Origin: Octopus vulgaris
Lineage: Eukaryota
Assembly: GCA_951406725.2 (NCBI GenBank)
Contig: OX597816.1
Coordinates: forward strand, 88,040,001 to 88,104,000
Direction: 5' to 3'
Length of the DNA: 64,000 nt
Part shown: piece by piece, positions 53,099-64,000 of the stretch
Layout of the letters: every line of letters begins with the position of its first letter
Numbering within the stretch: position 1 is the stretch's first letter
The notes under the pieces: generated by a model
The model's database searches: none
What the model saw: the letters and a program-made list of their open reading frames with translations, nothing else
Told to the model about the DNA's origin: nothing
Translations under genes and position numbers: made by a program

Positions 53099-53361
53099 TT
53101 ATAATACACCGAAGGGATTCACGTCACGTCGAACATCCTAGAATATACCAAACAACGTATGATCAACACATGCGCTTGGCACCAGCCACTAGACGCTAAA
53201 TATTCGTAGGAGTGGTTTTCTCTGTGTGCACAAGCTGAATATTTTACGGTATATTTGTTTGACTAAAGGTGGTGATCACAGGTTAACTTAACCCTACCTG
53301 GTGCATAACATTCAAGTACTCGATTCTTTCAAGAATTCTTATTATTGCACACACACACACA

Positions 53362-53407
<46 letters not shown>

Positions 53408-54436
53408 AACACACACACACACACACATAACGATACGTATGCATGCCTGCTCCTCTGGGCTTCCACTCGTATCCTTTAAAAAGTTTATAAAGTGATGTAT
53501 ATATATATATATATATGTATATAAAGTGATGTATATATATATATGCATATAAAGTGATGTATATATATATATATGCTTATGCATATATCGCTATATTCAT
53601 ATATTGTTTACACACACATAAACACACACACACTCACACACATATATCATCTTTAAAGCTGGATACACCTCTGGAAAAATGCATCATCCTTATGCATTCA
53701 TCTGGATGTGTAGGCAGCGTCATGTAATTACGTGTATGCATTTGCGTACGTATAATGATATAACTTAAATACAAATATCCACGCTTGGAACAGACCATAA
53801 ACCCTATGTATTGTAACATAATCTCCTCAACACTGACATTTCCAAAACACCCAGTTTAAAATTTCTTATTAGGAAATCTTATAACACCCACATCAATTTA
53901 ACCTATCTGACCTATGCCCTGTGACCTATGCTGATTTATCTGCAAACATTATTTTGCTAACCACAAAAAAACACCACAAAAATCAACTTTCTATACAACG
54001 AAGGTCTCGACACGTCTATCATTTTCTTTTTACCATTTGCTTGTTTTAAACGTTGGGTTTCACCTCGAATGGTTTTGTCGAACAAACCGAGCCCAGTAAC
54101 CAGTTTGGAACTTATTCTATCAGTCGCTTTCATAGAACTGCTAGGTTACAGTGGCGTAAACATCGGTTAGAGAACAAACGCAAAGACATGTACACTTACA
54201 TACACATACATACATGCAAACATACATACAAATACATACATACATACATACATACATACGTTCATACAGATACATACATATATATATGAGTATGTATATA
54301 TTAATGTATTTATATATATACAATTATATACATATATATATATATATACATACATACATACATATACATATATATGTTTGTGTGTGTAGTAACAGAAAGG
54401 AGGGGGAATTCGATTATCTCCACGTAGTAAGTTGTA

Positions 54437-54688
54437 ATATATATAAGAAATTAAAGAAGGAAAATGCACGCACTTTACATAGATTTGACATTTTTTTAAA
54501 TATGTATTAGATTGTGTTTCTCGACTGGTTTCGTTTCGCTTATCATGACATTAAAATTATTTTAATTACGTTTTTTTCTCAAGAAAAAGTTTTTCTTTGA
54601 CCATGTTGTGTGTCGACAAATACAATACAAAATATATTAAATCTATGTAAAGTGTGTACATTTTCCTTCTTCAATTTCTTGTATATAT
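54437..54688. repeat. Short element with about 55-bp terminal inverted repeats and a degenerate hammerhead-like motif (54520-54549, -)
   Basis: aagaaattaaagaaggaaaatgcacgcactttacatagattt vs aaatctatgtaaagtgtgtacattttccttcttcaatttctt. Confidence 0.75.
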
Positions 54689-54693
54689 ATATG

Positions 54694-54782
<89 letters not shown>

Positions 54783-54793
54783 ACATATATATA

Positions 54794-55287
54794 CTAGCAG
54801 TATTGCCCGGCTTTGCAAAATGGTCACATTTAATTCAAAGCGTTAAAAATGTTATGAAAACAATTGGTATGTGTTCACAAAGTCCAAACGATTAATACGA
54901 AAAAACCCTCCAGGCTACATCCCGAAAATTAATTTCTTTGCCGAATTTCTACACTGTTTACAGCGATTCGTTTTTATATCTTGATTTTTTATTTTTCGTG
55001 CAATTTATGCATGCTTGCACGCGTGGTGAACACACTTCACGTCAAACAGCTGACTGAGTAAAGTTCACTATTCAATGCATGGAATAAGGCCTAAACAAAC
55101 ACATTATTGAATTTTGCACTTGCGAGATGAATTTCGGTACAGAAATAGCGCAGTTCAATTTTCATTCGCCTAAACTTTAAGTGACCCATTTTTGATGTTT
55201 CTACGATTTGTTGGCGAGGCGGAGATGTGCCGGGACGTTAAACAAACAGACACACGACACACAAGTTGAGTTTTATATATATATAGA
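54794..55287 (-). mobile_element. Non-autonomous Helitron-like element
   Basis: Minus strand A|TCTATATAT 5' end and gccgggcaatactgCTAG|T 3' end; the hairpin partner appears deleted. Confidence 0.7.
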
Positions 55288-55396
55288 TATATACCTCAAG
55301 TCAAGAAACTCAGATGAGGGCAGCAACGTGAATCTCCGTCAACCACTAAATGTCACATATCAGAGGAGGTTTAGTGAAAGTGTAGCAATGTAAACG

Positions 55397-55585
55397 GTGG
55401 TGCCCCTTGTTTCGGATCGAGCTGGATGGCGAAGAAAAGTGTGGAGTGGAGTGAAAGCGTTTGAAGAGGCCAGGATAACGCGTGTTAGACTCAAAAGAGA
55501 TCTAAGGAAGAACGTTACAATCGAGAAGGAGAATGACAATGACTTTTTGTGTGCACAGTTTGACAGACCATGCCTTTCCTTTGCG
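55397..55585 (+). mobile_element. RTE-clade LINE 3' fragment
   Basis: SDRAGWRRKVWSGVKAFEEAR...KRDLRK...FLCAQFDRPCLS. Confidence 0.75.
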
Positions 55586-56029
55586 TTCAGAATAAAATTT
55601 CCATCGTCTTGGCTTAACAGCCACCATCTATTTTTACTGTTTTGGTCTCATTGTTCTGTCTTTTACTGTTTTTACTGTTTTATTCTTACTGCTCTGTTCT
55701 TGTTGCCACTTTTACCCTACGCAAAAAATCCGAAATTTTATTTAATTTGCTTTGTGGGAAGGACTGTTTCAAGAAGTCGCGTCTTGTCCTTACCTTCGTG
55801 ACGCGGAGTAGATGAAACAGGGACAACTGAAGAAGGGGAATATTTTTTGTGTTGTATATCTTGTACTCTGTTGTCTTTCGTTCTTTGAAAAAAAGGTTCG
55901 TTTCTATGTTTTTGCTTTTATGTTTTCGTTTCTCATTGTGTTCAACGTTTTTTTTTTATGCCCGATAGCCATATATGCATGTATATATACATATATATAT
56001 GTAGGGATGTACATATATGTGTGTATATA

Positions 56030-56087
<58 letters not shown>

Positions 56088-56339
56088 CATACATACATAC
56101 ATATGTATGTATATATATATGTATGTATGTATGTATGTATGCATATATATATATGTATGTATGTATATATATATATAGATGAGAAAGTTGGTTTGTGAAA
56201 GCACGTGGTTGAATATATAGAAAATAGTAAAAAGTGAAAAAACTACAGAAGGCTTCTTTTAAAAGGTTAAAAAATATATATTTGAGTCAATATGTCTGAA
56301 GAATATTATAAATTTTTTTCTTATAATGACATAGTTTAG

Positions 56340-56379
56340 AAGAAATGACCGGTTTCGCGTTCAGCTTTTCAAATTTCTT
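56340..56379 (-). ncRNA. Minimal hammerhead motif, U3-A8 core, in the inverted pLTR
   Basis: Minus strand: AAGAAAT-TTGAAAA-GC[tgaac]GC-GAAA-CCGG-TC-ATTTCTT. Confidence 0.78.
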
Positions 56380-56461
56380 ACATCGTTATGTTTCTGTTGA
56401 GAAGAGTTATCGTTATGTTTGTGTCGAGGAGAGTTCTAGATAAGGGGAGGTAATAAGTGAT

Positions 56462-58136
56462 AATAAGCCAAATTATAAATGAAACCATTAAAAAATCACC
56501 AAGGACATACATACACACACCTAACCCGGGTGACCTAAAACTACGATCCATTGTAGCTGGCCCAACCTGTGAAACACACAGACTAAGTCTATTTATGGAC
56601 ATCTTCCTGAAACCCTTCCTTAAACATATCGATAGCCATATCAGAGATGACTTAGATATGTTAAACCACCTTCCAAAAAAAGCCAAGGAAGAAACAATCA
56701 TGGTTTCATTTGATGTAGTTAACTTATATACCAGTATACCTCATAATTATGGACTAGAGGCAATACAGTTCTGGCTGGACCAATTTCCGAAAGAAATACC
56801 AAAAAGGGTCAGTAAAGAATTCATTACTAAATCAATTGAATTCATCCTACATAATAACCACTTCATGTTTGACAATACATTTTACCGTCAAAAATCCGGA
56901 ATTGCTATGGGTACAAGGGCAGCACCAGTCATTGCGAACCTAACAATGGGCTACCTGGAAATAATCATTTACCAGGAATCTTTATCAATCTTTGGAAACC
57001 CCTCTCTCAATACATAAAAGAGAATTGGAAACGATTCCTGGACGATTGTTTTATACTCTGGAATGAAAACACAGATAAACTCCTAAAATTTAAAAACCTA
57101 TTGAACAGCATAAACCCAAATATACAGTTCACAATGGAATACAACCAAAAGGAGCTCCCATTCTTGGATATACTAATTAAAAAAATTAACCTTAAAATAG
57201 AAACAGACATTTTTTACAAAGCCACAGACGCCAAACAATATCTTCTTTTTAATTCATGCCACCCAAGACACTAAAACAAACATCCCCTTCAACCTTGCAA
57301 GAAGGATATGCACAATAGCGTCAGAACAAAATACCAGGAACTTTAGACTGCAAGAACTCAAAAACACTCTAATTGACAGACATTACCCAGCTCAACTCAT
57401 AGAGGATGGGATCAGACGTACAACAGAAATCAACATAGAAACTTTAAGAAAAGTTCAACACAACGACACACCTTCCCCGAAAATACTACCTTACATATCC
57501 ACATACAATCCCAGAAACAAAGAAGCCTTCACCATCATCACCCAGAATTTACCAATACTTCATAAGGACCCCAAATTAAAGGAAATTCTAAACATACACC
57601 AAATCATTAAAAGCTACAAACAACCTAAATCACTTAAAAATATTCTCACAAAGGCAAAATTGTTTTCTGAAATTACTTATGCAAAAGTAAAAAAATGTGG
57701 TAGACCGAACTGTGCAACATGTCCAAACCTGCTAGAAGGATCAGAATTCCTCTTCAAAGAGGGACAGAAATTCAAGATCAAATCTAATTTTACTTGTGTC
57801 TCTGAAAACATAATTTATGTCATAAAATGCTCGGGCTGCCACCAAGACTACGTGAGATCCACGGGACTATCACTCAGACGTAGATGCACACTGCATCGAC
57901 AACAGATTGCATTCCCAGAATACAGAAGGATACCTTTTAGTGAGCACATTGAGAAATGCGCAAAGCAACTACTACCACAATTTTTAATCTTTCCATTTTA
58001 CCAATATGCTATCGGAACATACTAAATTAGACTAAACAATGAAACATTCTTCATTGAAAAGTACAAGCCCAGACTGAACCATTCCAATATACTTATACAG
58101 AGAAATTCACTCCAAAGGAAAGGCAAAATATTTTAA
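56462..58136 (+). pseudogene. PLE reverse transcriptase + GIY-YIG endonuclease, frameshifted
   Basis: LRSIVAG, SFDVVNLYTSIP, QKSGIAMGT, WKRFLDD, LPFLD, CGRPNCATC, NIIYVIKC...YVRST...CTLHR, EHIEKC; frameshifts near 57005, 57272 and 58020. Confidence 0.95.
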
Positions 58137-58245
58137 GCGATTATCTCCCTTACACCGGAAGAAATCACTTATTACCTCCCCTTATCTAGAACTCTTCTCA
58201 ACATAAACATAACGATAACTCCTCTCAACATAAACATAACGATGT

Positions 58246-58285
58246 AAGAAATTTGAAAAGCTGAACGCGAAACCGGACATTTCTT
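58246..58285 (+). ncRNA. Hammerhead motif in the 3' pLTR (cleavage-site U replaced by A)
   Basis: AAGAAAT-TTGAAAA-GC[tgaac]GC-GAAA-CCGG-AC-ATTTCTT. Confidence 0.7.
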
Positions 58286-58401
58286 CTAAATTATGTCATT
58301 GTAAGAAAAAAATTTATAATATTCTTCAAACATATTGACTCAAATATATATTTTTTAACCATTTAAAACAAGCCTTCTGTAGTTTTTTCACTTTTTACTA
58401 T

Positions 58402-58433
<32 letters not shown>

Positions 58434-59084
58434 TGCATATGCATATGCCCAAGCATTTATACATTGCAAGAATATACACATTGGAGCAGCGGTACAGCTA
58501 ATTACACGAATAGAGACCGCTCTCCTCCTCCTCTTTCTCCCTTTATATATGTGTGTGTATGTGCGTGCGTGTGTGTGTGTGCGAGTGTGTATGCATGTAT
58601 ATATGTATATATACAAACACATATATAGATAGATAGACAAATAGATAGATACGTATGTATGTCTGTATGGATGTGTGTGTGTGTATGAGATTGTATGTAA
58701 TTTCCCATACATATACACATAAGTACTACAGATACGTTTGCACTACTGGTATCCACATACTGAATTCTTATTTCCTTCCTAATGTACCGGTGCGCGTATA
58801 CAAAACGTACACAGACTAATATTTGTGAACGAGTCTGTGCGTTTTATCTACATGTATGGACACATAAGCATCTAGATATTAATGTCTTTGGACAGAAAGT
58901 TTTCATTCAGACACGTTTGTGGCAAAAACAGAAGTTAGTTCCTGGTGTTGACGAGTTTTATGCTAACATTACTACGTTACTTAACGAAACCAGCAGAACC
59001 GAAAAAAAAAATGTGAAGTAAAATCATTCTTTATTTCTTATGGCTTACCAGAGGAAATTTCAAACGGAGACTTGACAACTATTT

Positions 59085-59451
59085 ATGTACATATATATAT
59101 GCACAAGTACACACCCACACACATATACATGTATACATACATATAACACACACACACAAACACACACACATATATATACATACATACATATATATATATG
59201 TATATATATATATGAATATATATATATGTGTGTGTAATATATATATACTCCCATATATATATATGCATGGTGTGGGTATTTATATGTATATATATTCCTA
59301 TGTATACAAACATACAAATATATACATATATAATATATATATATATGAATATATATATATATGTGTATGTGTAATATATATATATATACTCCCATATATA
59401 TGCATGGTGTGCGTATTTATATCTATATATATTCCTACGTATAGATACATA

Positions 59452-59483
<32 letters not shown>

Positions 59484-59503
59484 CTTCCTACGTATAGATA
59501 CAT

Positions 59504-59541
<38 letters not shown>

Positions 59542-59548
59542 ATCCTAC

Positions 59549-59620
<72 letters not shown>

Positions 59621-60121
59621 TCCTATGAATATATAGTTATAAGCATGTATACAAATGTATGGATAAATGGATGCGTATTTGTCAATATATACATATATAT
59701 ATATATATGTATATACATACATACATATACATACATATATATATATATATGTATATATGTATATATTGATATATATGTATACAAACTTCCATACATATGC
59801 TATGCCTGCATATGTGCATGTGTGCATATGTGTGTGTATGTATCTATATGTAAGATATATGCAAACCAGACATAGCTAAAAGCAGAGAGCAATAAACAAT
59901 TGTGGTTAGAATTTCTTCAGTGCAGTTTAAGTAGAGGAACGTTGGAACAACTACACACACACACATACACATACATCTAAACCACCCCACACACGTACAC
60001 ACATTCTTATATATATGAGCATATTCTTTTATACATGCTGATACTTGTAACCCAGCATTCACTCTTTTACTCTCTCTCACACACCTATTTATTTACATAT
60101 CCAATAAGTACATACACATTA

Positions 60122-60196
<75 letters not shown>

Positions 60197-60266
60197 GTAT
60201 ATATATATATATGTATATATGTATGTATGTGTATATATATCTATATATATATATATATATATATAT

Positions 60267-60307
<41 letters not shown>

Positions 60308-60746
60308 ATGTGTGTGTGTGTCGCTATATATCGACAGCATCCCTTCCACCATCGTTAATATTATCTATATAATTCCAGACATACACCTGCACGGATGAAA
60401 CCATTCAAAATGTATGTTCAGAGATCAGATTCTCTGCATACACACCACATTTCTTAGCGTACACACCTTTTTAAGCAACTTAAGCAACATAAATATACAC
60501 ACCTGTTTATAGTTCGGGGAATATTTAGTATGAAATTTCCAATATCATCTTCCTGCACAAACTCAAATACACGGCAGAAGCATATATACAGTACATGTAA
60601 ACGTCTGTATGTGTGTTTGTGTGTATGTTTGCATGTGTGTGTGTGCGTATATATATATAAATACACATATATGCATATATATAGATATGTATGTACATAT
60701 ATATACCTACAATATATATGTGTATATATTCATTTATGTGTGCATA

Positions 60747-60789
<43 letters not shown>

Positions 60790-60955
60790 ATACATACATA
60801 CGCACGCACGCACACACATATACACACATTTATACATATATATATTTGTAGTTATATATATGTATATACGCACAGTCAATGATGTATTGACTTATACACC
60901 TGCTCAAGTAGATATATTCAAAAATTTTAACCGCTTCACATACATGCGCCTACAA

Positions 60956-60999
<44 letters not shown>

Positions 61000-61100
61000 G
61001 TTTGTGTATACATACATGCATTTATATATATATTTATACATATATACATATCTCTGTATTATTTTTCGTCCATGTATGTGTGTGTGTGTGTAGTATACAT
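59085..61100. repeat. Extended TA/CA/TACA low-complexity zone with short local duplications
   Basis: Direct observation; for example tgtaatatatatatactcccatatata...gcatggtgtg twice and cctacgtatagatacatacaaa twice. Confidence 0.9.
60503..60552 (-). CDS. Candidate 50-nt exon
   Basis: gagtttgtgcAG|[18 protein letters not shown]|GTgtgt; phase 0 to 2. Confidence 0.2.
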
Positions 61101-62096
61101 ACATATAAACCATGTCCATATGTACTCGATTTCAAAAATATCAATATTTCTTCCTAAAAATCTATAGACCTACTGTGAATTTTTGAGTGATGCGTGATTG
61201 GGCCGGAAGTGTATACCACGTTATCTGTAAAGTTCAAACCAGTGTAAATAAATGCATAAAAAACACGCACCCACGTGTACTCAAGCACACATTCATACAT
61301 ACATAAGTACACAAACATACAGAGAATTATATACGTCCCCCAAAATTCATTCTACAGTGGTAGCACAGAAGCATGCACATACATTACTAAACGTTTCATA
61401 TTTCCACGCATGCGTGCGTTTCCTCAAAACAAGCAAACACAAAGACACACCGCCCACATATATAAAAGCAGTGATTTTGCGTATCAAGTGTTTCATTCTG
61501 GACACATGAATCTTCTCTTGAGAGCACAGTTTAATGTGTGATAGCTAAGAAAGCGCTTCCTTTCATGTTCACAAATATATATTCACATGAAAGATTCGAC
61601 ACATTGGTGCAAATGCATAATATATTCTTTAATGTTATTGCTGTAATATCGATCACTTATTTGGGTCCAAAGCATAATATCGACCCCCACCATACTTGAC
61701 GCATTCATTATTTTATGTAGACCCTCTAGGATGAAAAGTAATGTTTACTTCGATGAGATTTAGACTCAGAGATAAGTAGCCATAATTAAATAACACAAGG
61801 CATTTTATCCGACGTCTTAATGATCACGTGAAATGATCTATGGCTCATGTTAATGCTATTACAAATTAACGCATATAGGGCGATGAGCTAGTAGATTTGT
61901 AAACTCGCCGGTCAAAATTCATTGTGGCTTCTCTTACGAAGTGTATAGTAGTAGAATTTAGTTGGTAAACATATATATGCTTGTATACATACAAATATTC
62001 ATGCATACATGCATATATACATGATTGCATACATACATACATACATACATACATACATACATACATACATACATACATACATACATACATACATAC

Positions 62097-62381
62097 TAAC
62101 ATATTCATACCAATAATAATTGGAGCACTAGGTTTTGTTTGTAAATGCTTAAAGGGGAATCTGGATAAACTGGGATTTTCAGAAAGAGAAATCGACCGGC
62201 TAATTTGTATATTACAAGTGCAATCTGTGAATGGAACAGTAAAAATATGCAAGACTTTTCTCAAGTTCCAAATGTGAATCTGTTTGTGTTAACTACATCT
62301 CAAAGATGGAGCCGTGTCTCTTTGTTGGAAACAGGCTCCTTCTTCAGTGGAAGATTTATAATAATTAAAAAATAGAAGAGA
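62097..62381 (+). mobile_element. 5'-truncated RLE-type non-LTR retrotransposon 3' end in (TACA)n
   Basis: FIPIIIGALGFVCKCLKGNLDKLGF...LQVQSVNGTVKICKTFLKF*, short 3' UTR, (CATA)n on both sides. Confidence 0.8.
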
Positions 62382-62538
62382 CATACATACATACATACAT
62401 ACATACATACATACATACATACATACATACATAAATACATGCATACATACATACATACATACATACATACATACATACATACATACATACATACATACAT
62501 ACATACATACGTACGTACATACATACATGCATACATAC

Positions 62539-62712
62539 AAGCTGATTCGAAGACTACAGATGCAAGCCATCGCTGGAACTGTAAAAATATGTAAAACTTT
62601 CCAGAAGTTTATTATTTAAGTATATACGAACCTGTTTAGATATGCAGCTTTATGCATGAGAAGACATACATAAAACAAAGCATACAAATCTGCACATATA
62701 CTTACATACATG
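62539..62712 (+). mobile_element. Second, diverged 3' end of the same retrotransposon type
   Basis: KLIRRLQMQAIAGTVKICKTFQKFII*, directly after (CATA)n and ending in catatacttacatacatg. Confidence 0.75.
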
Positions 62713-62720
62713 CAAAAATA

Positions 62721-64000
62721 GGATCTAGGACAATTCGCTGTAAGGCATTTCGCCGTAGGACAATTCGCCGTAAGACAATTCACCGTACGGATATCTTGCC
62801 GCAAGGACGTTTTGTAGTAAAGCAGAAGAAGAGAAGGATAAATAATAAAGATAAAAATAATGAAGGTCATACACTTGATTTAAAAAATTAGGCTAAAAAA
62901 CTAAAACGCTAAGATTCATGTAAGTTCATTGAAAATGCACGCGAATAATGTTTTTGACAATGCTTAGTTTGCACTAATAAGCATCTTGGTATTTTTATTG
63001 GTTTTTAGTTTCTTCTCTTGCAGCATCGTTCACCTTCTTTTTAGAAAGGGACTCTTCATTGTCAAGGCATTGATAAGTTTCCATAAATTTGGATGAGTAT
63101 TTGTAACGGATGCTTGCAGCGCATTATGGAAACCTTCTAATCCATTGTTGGCATTAGCCAGCTGATTTAGGGTTCTTTCATACATATTCCAAAGACCGAT
63201 AGGAAAAGTAGGAAGAACTCTACATCTACGAGCTCCTCTGCCTCTCTCCTCACCAATGTAATGCGTTTCAATATATGCCACAAGTTCTTGCGGCAAGTCA
63301 TCGTCATCCACAAGCTCTATAAATGCATTGATGGTGGCTGGAGGCAGGATGAATGCAAGAGCCGTAAGGCACTTTACTTTTGTGTTAAAATCACAATCAG
63401 TTTAATATCGCACCTCAAGATCAATATCTGTCACCTTTTTGTAAATATTTTTAAAGAAATGAAAAAAAAAATTCTGTTATATTTACAAATGGAAAATTGT
63501 CAAAAAAACTTAGGAAACTAGCTTGTTCAAAATCAATCATTAGATTTTCCAGTCTTAGGGATTGGAGCAAACATTTAACCTTTTGAAAAAAACCAATTGT
63601 ATGAGTCAAGAGTTTCATTCGGAAGGAGACCTTAAATTCGAGAGATGCATGCATGTCCTATGTTGTCATGTAGAGTGTAATTGATAATACTTTTCTGGAC
63701 AAACCTTAAATGTTGCATCACATGCCCAATTCTTATATACTTCTAGATCGTGCAACCCTGCAGTCGTACCAAAATTCAACATTGTATTTTCGTCTTCCAC
63801 CCCACTATCGTAGAGTAAAATCTTTCTGTTTTGTAGCCACGTAAATTCTTCGGGAATTACATAGCCGATTCTTGATCTAGGTATAGGAAGGGCCTTTTCT
63901 TTCATTTGTCCCCATCTTCTAATGTTTCTTGATAAACATGAAGTTGATGTTCATAAGAGAGAGTCCATCATCCTCTAATTCCTCACATGCGGCACCGATC
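62721..64000 (-). mobile_element. Mutator-like (MULE) DNA transposon remnant with 15-bp tandem terminal repeats
   Basis: LLYDSG...FGT...WACDATFKVCP..YYQL (MULE DGTF motif), IDFEQA, YIETHYIG...FPIGLWN...ANNGLEGFH...HPNLWKLI; repeats of aggacaattcgccgt at 62727-62815. Confidence 0.9.

Larger units (their letters stand above)
56179..58412 (+). mobile_element. 5'-truncated Penelope-like retroelement (Neptune-type) with inverted pseudo-LTR
   Basis: 56213-56461 is the reverse complement of 58164-58412 (about 11 substitutions by eye); RT and GIY-YIG coding sequence lies between; (TA)n on both flanks. Confidence 0.95.

Overview
This is AT-rich eukaryotic genomic DNA saturated with microsatellites. 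It is almost certainly animal, and the SINE families and (TA)n/(CA)n/(TACA)n load look like a coleoid cephalopod, probably Octopus (inference). No host protein-coding gene can be called with confidence; only a few isolated candidate exons were seen. Most of the window is decayed mobile DNA. It holds a Neptune-type Penelope-like element (RT + GIY-YIG) with an inverted pseudo-LTR, a second GIY-YIG remnant, and RTE, R4/Dong-like and Tx1/L1-like LINE fragments. It also holds Tc1, mariner, hAT and MULE remnants, two non-autonomous Helitrons and dozens of tRNA-derived SINEs. The most striking signal is about 14 minimal type-I hammerhead ribozyme motifs or recognisable variants from roughly 10 unrelated sequence contexts. 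Most have a palindromic helix III, and several carry the compensatory U3-A8 core (UUGANAA). They mostly sit in short non-coding elements beside TA microsatellites, often as inverted duplications. One 365-bp retrozyme-like unit carries two different hammerheads. All motifs were read by eye and none has been tested computationally or experimentally.
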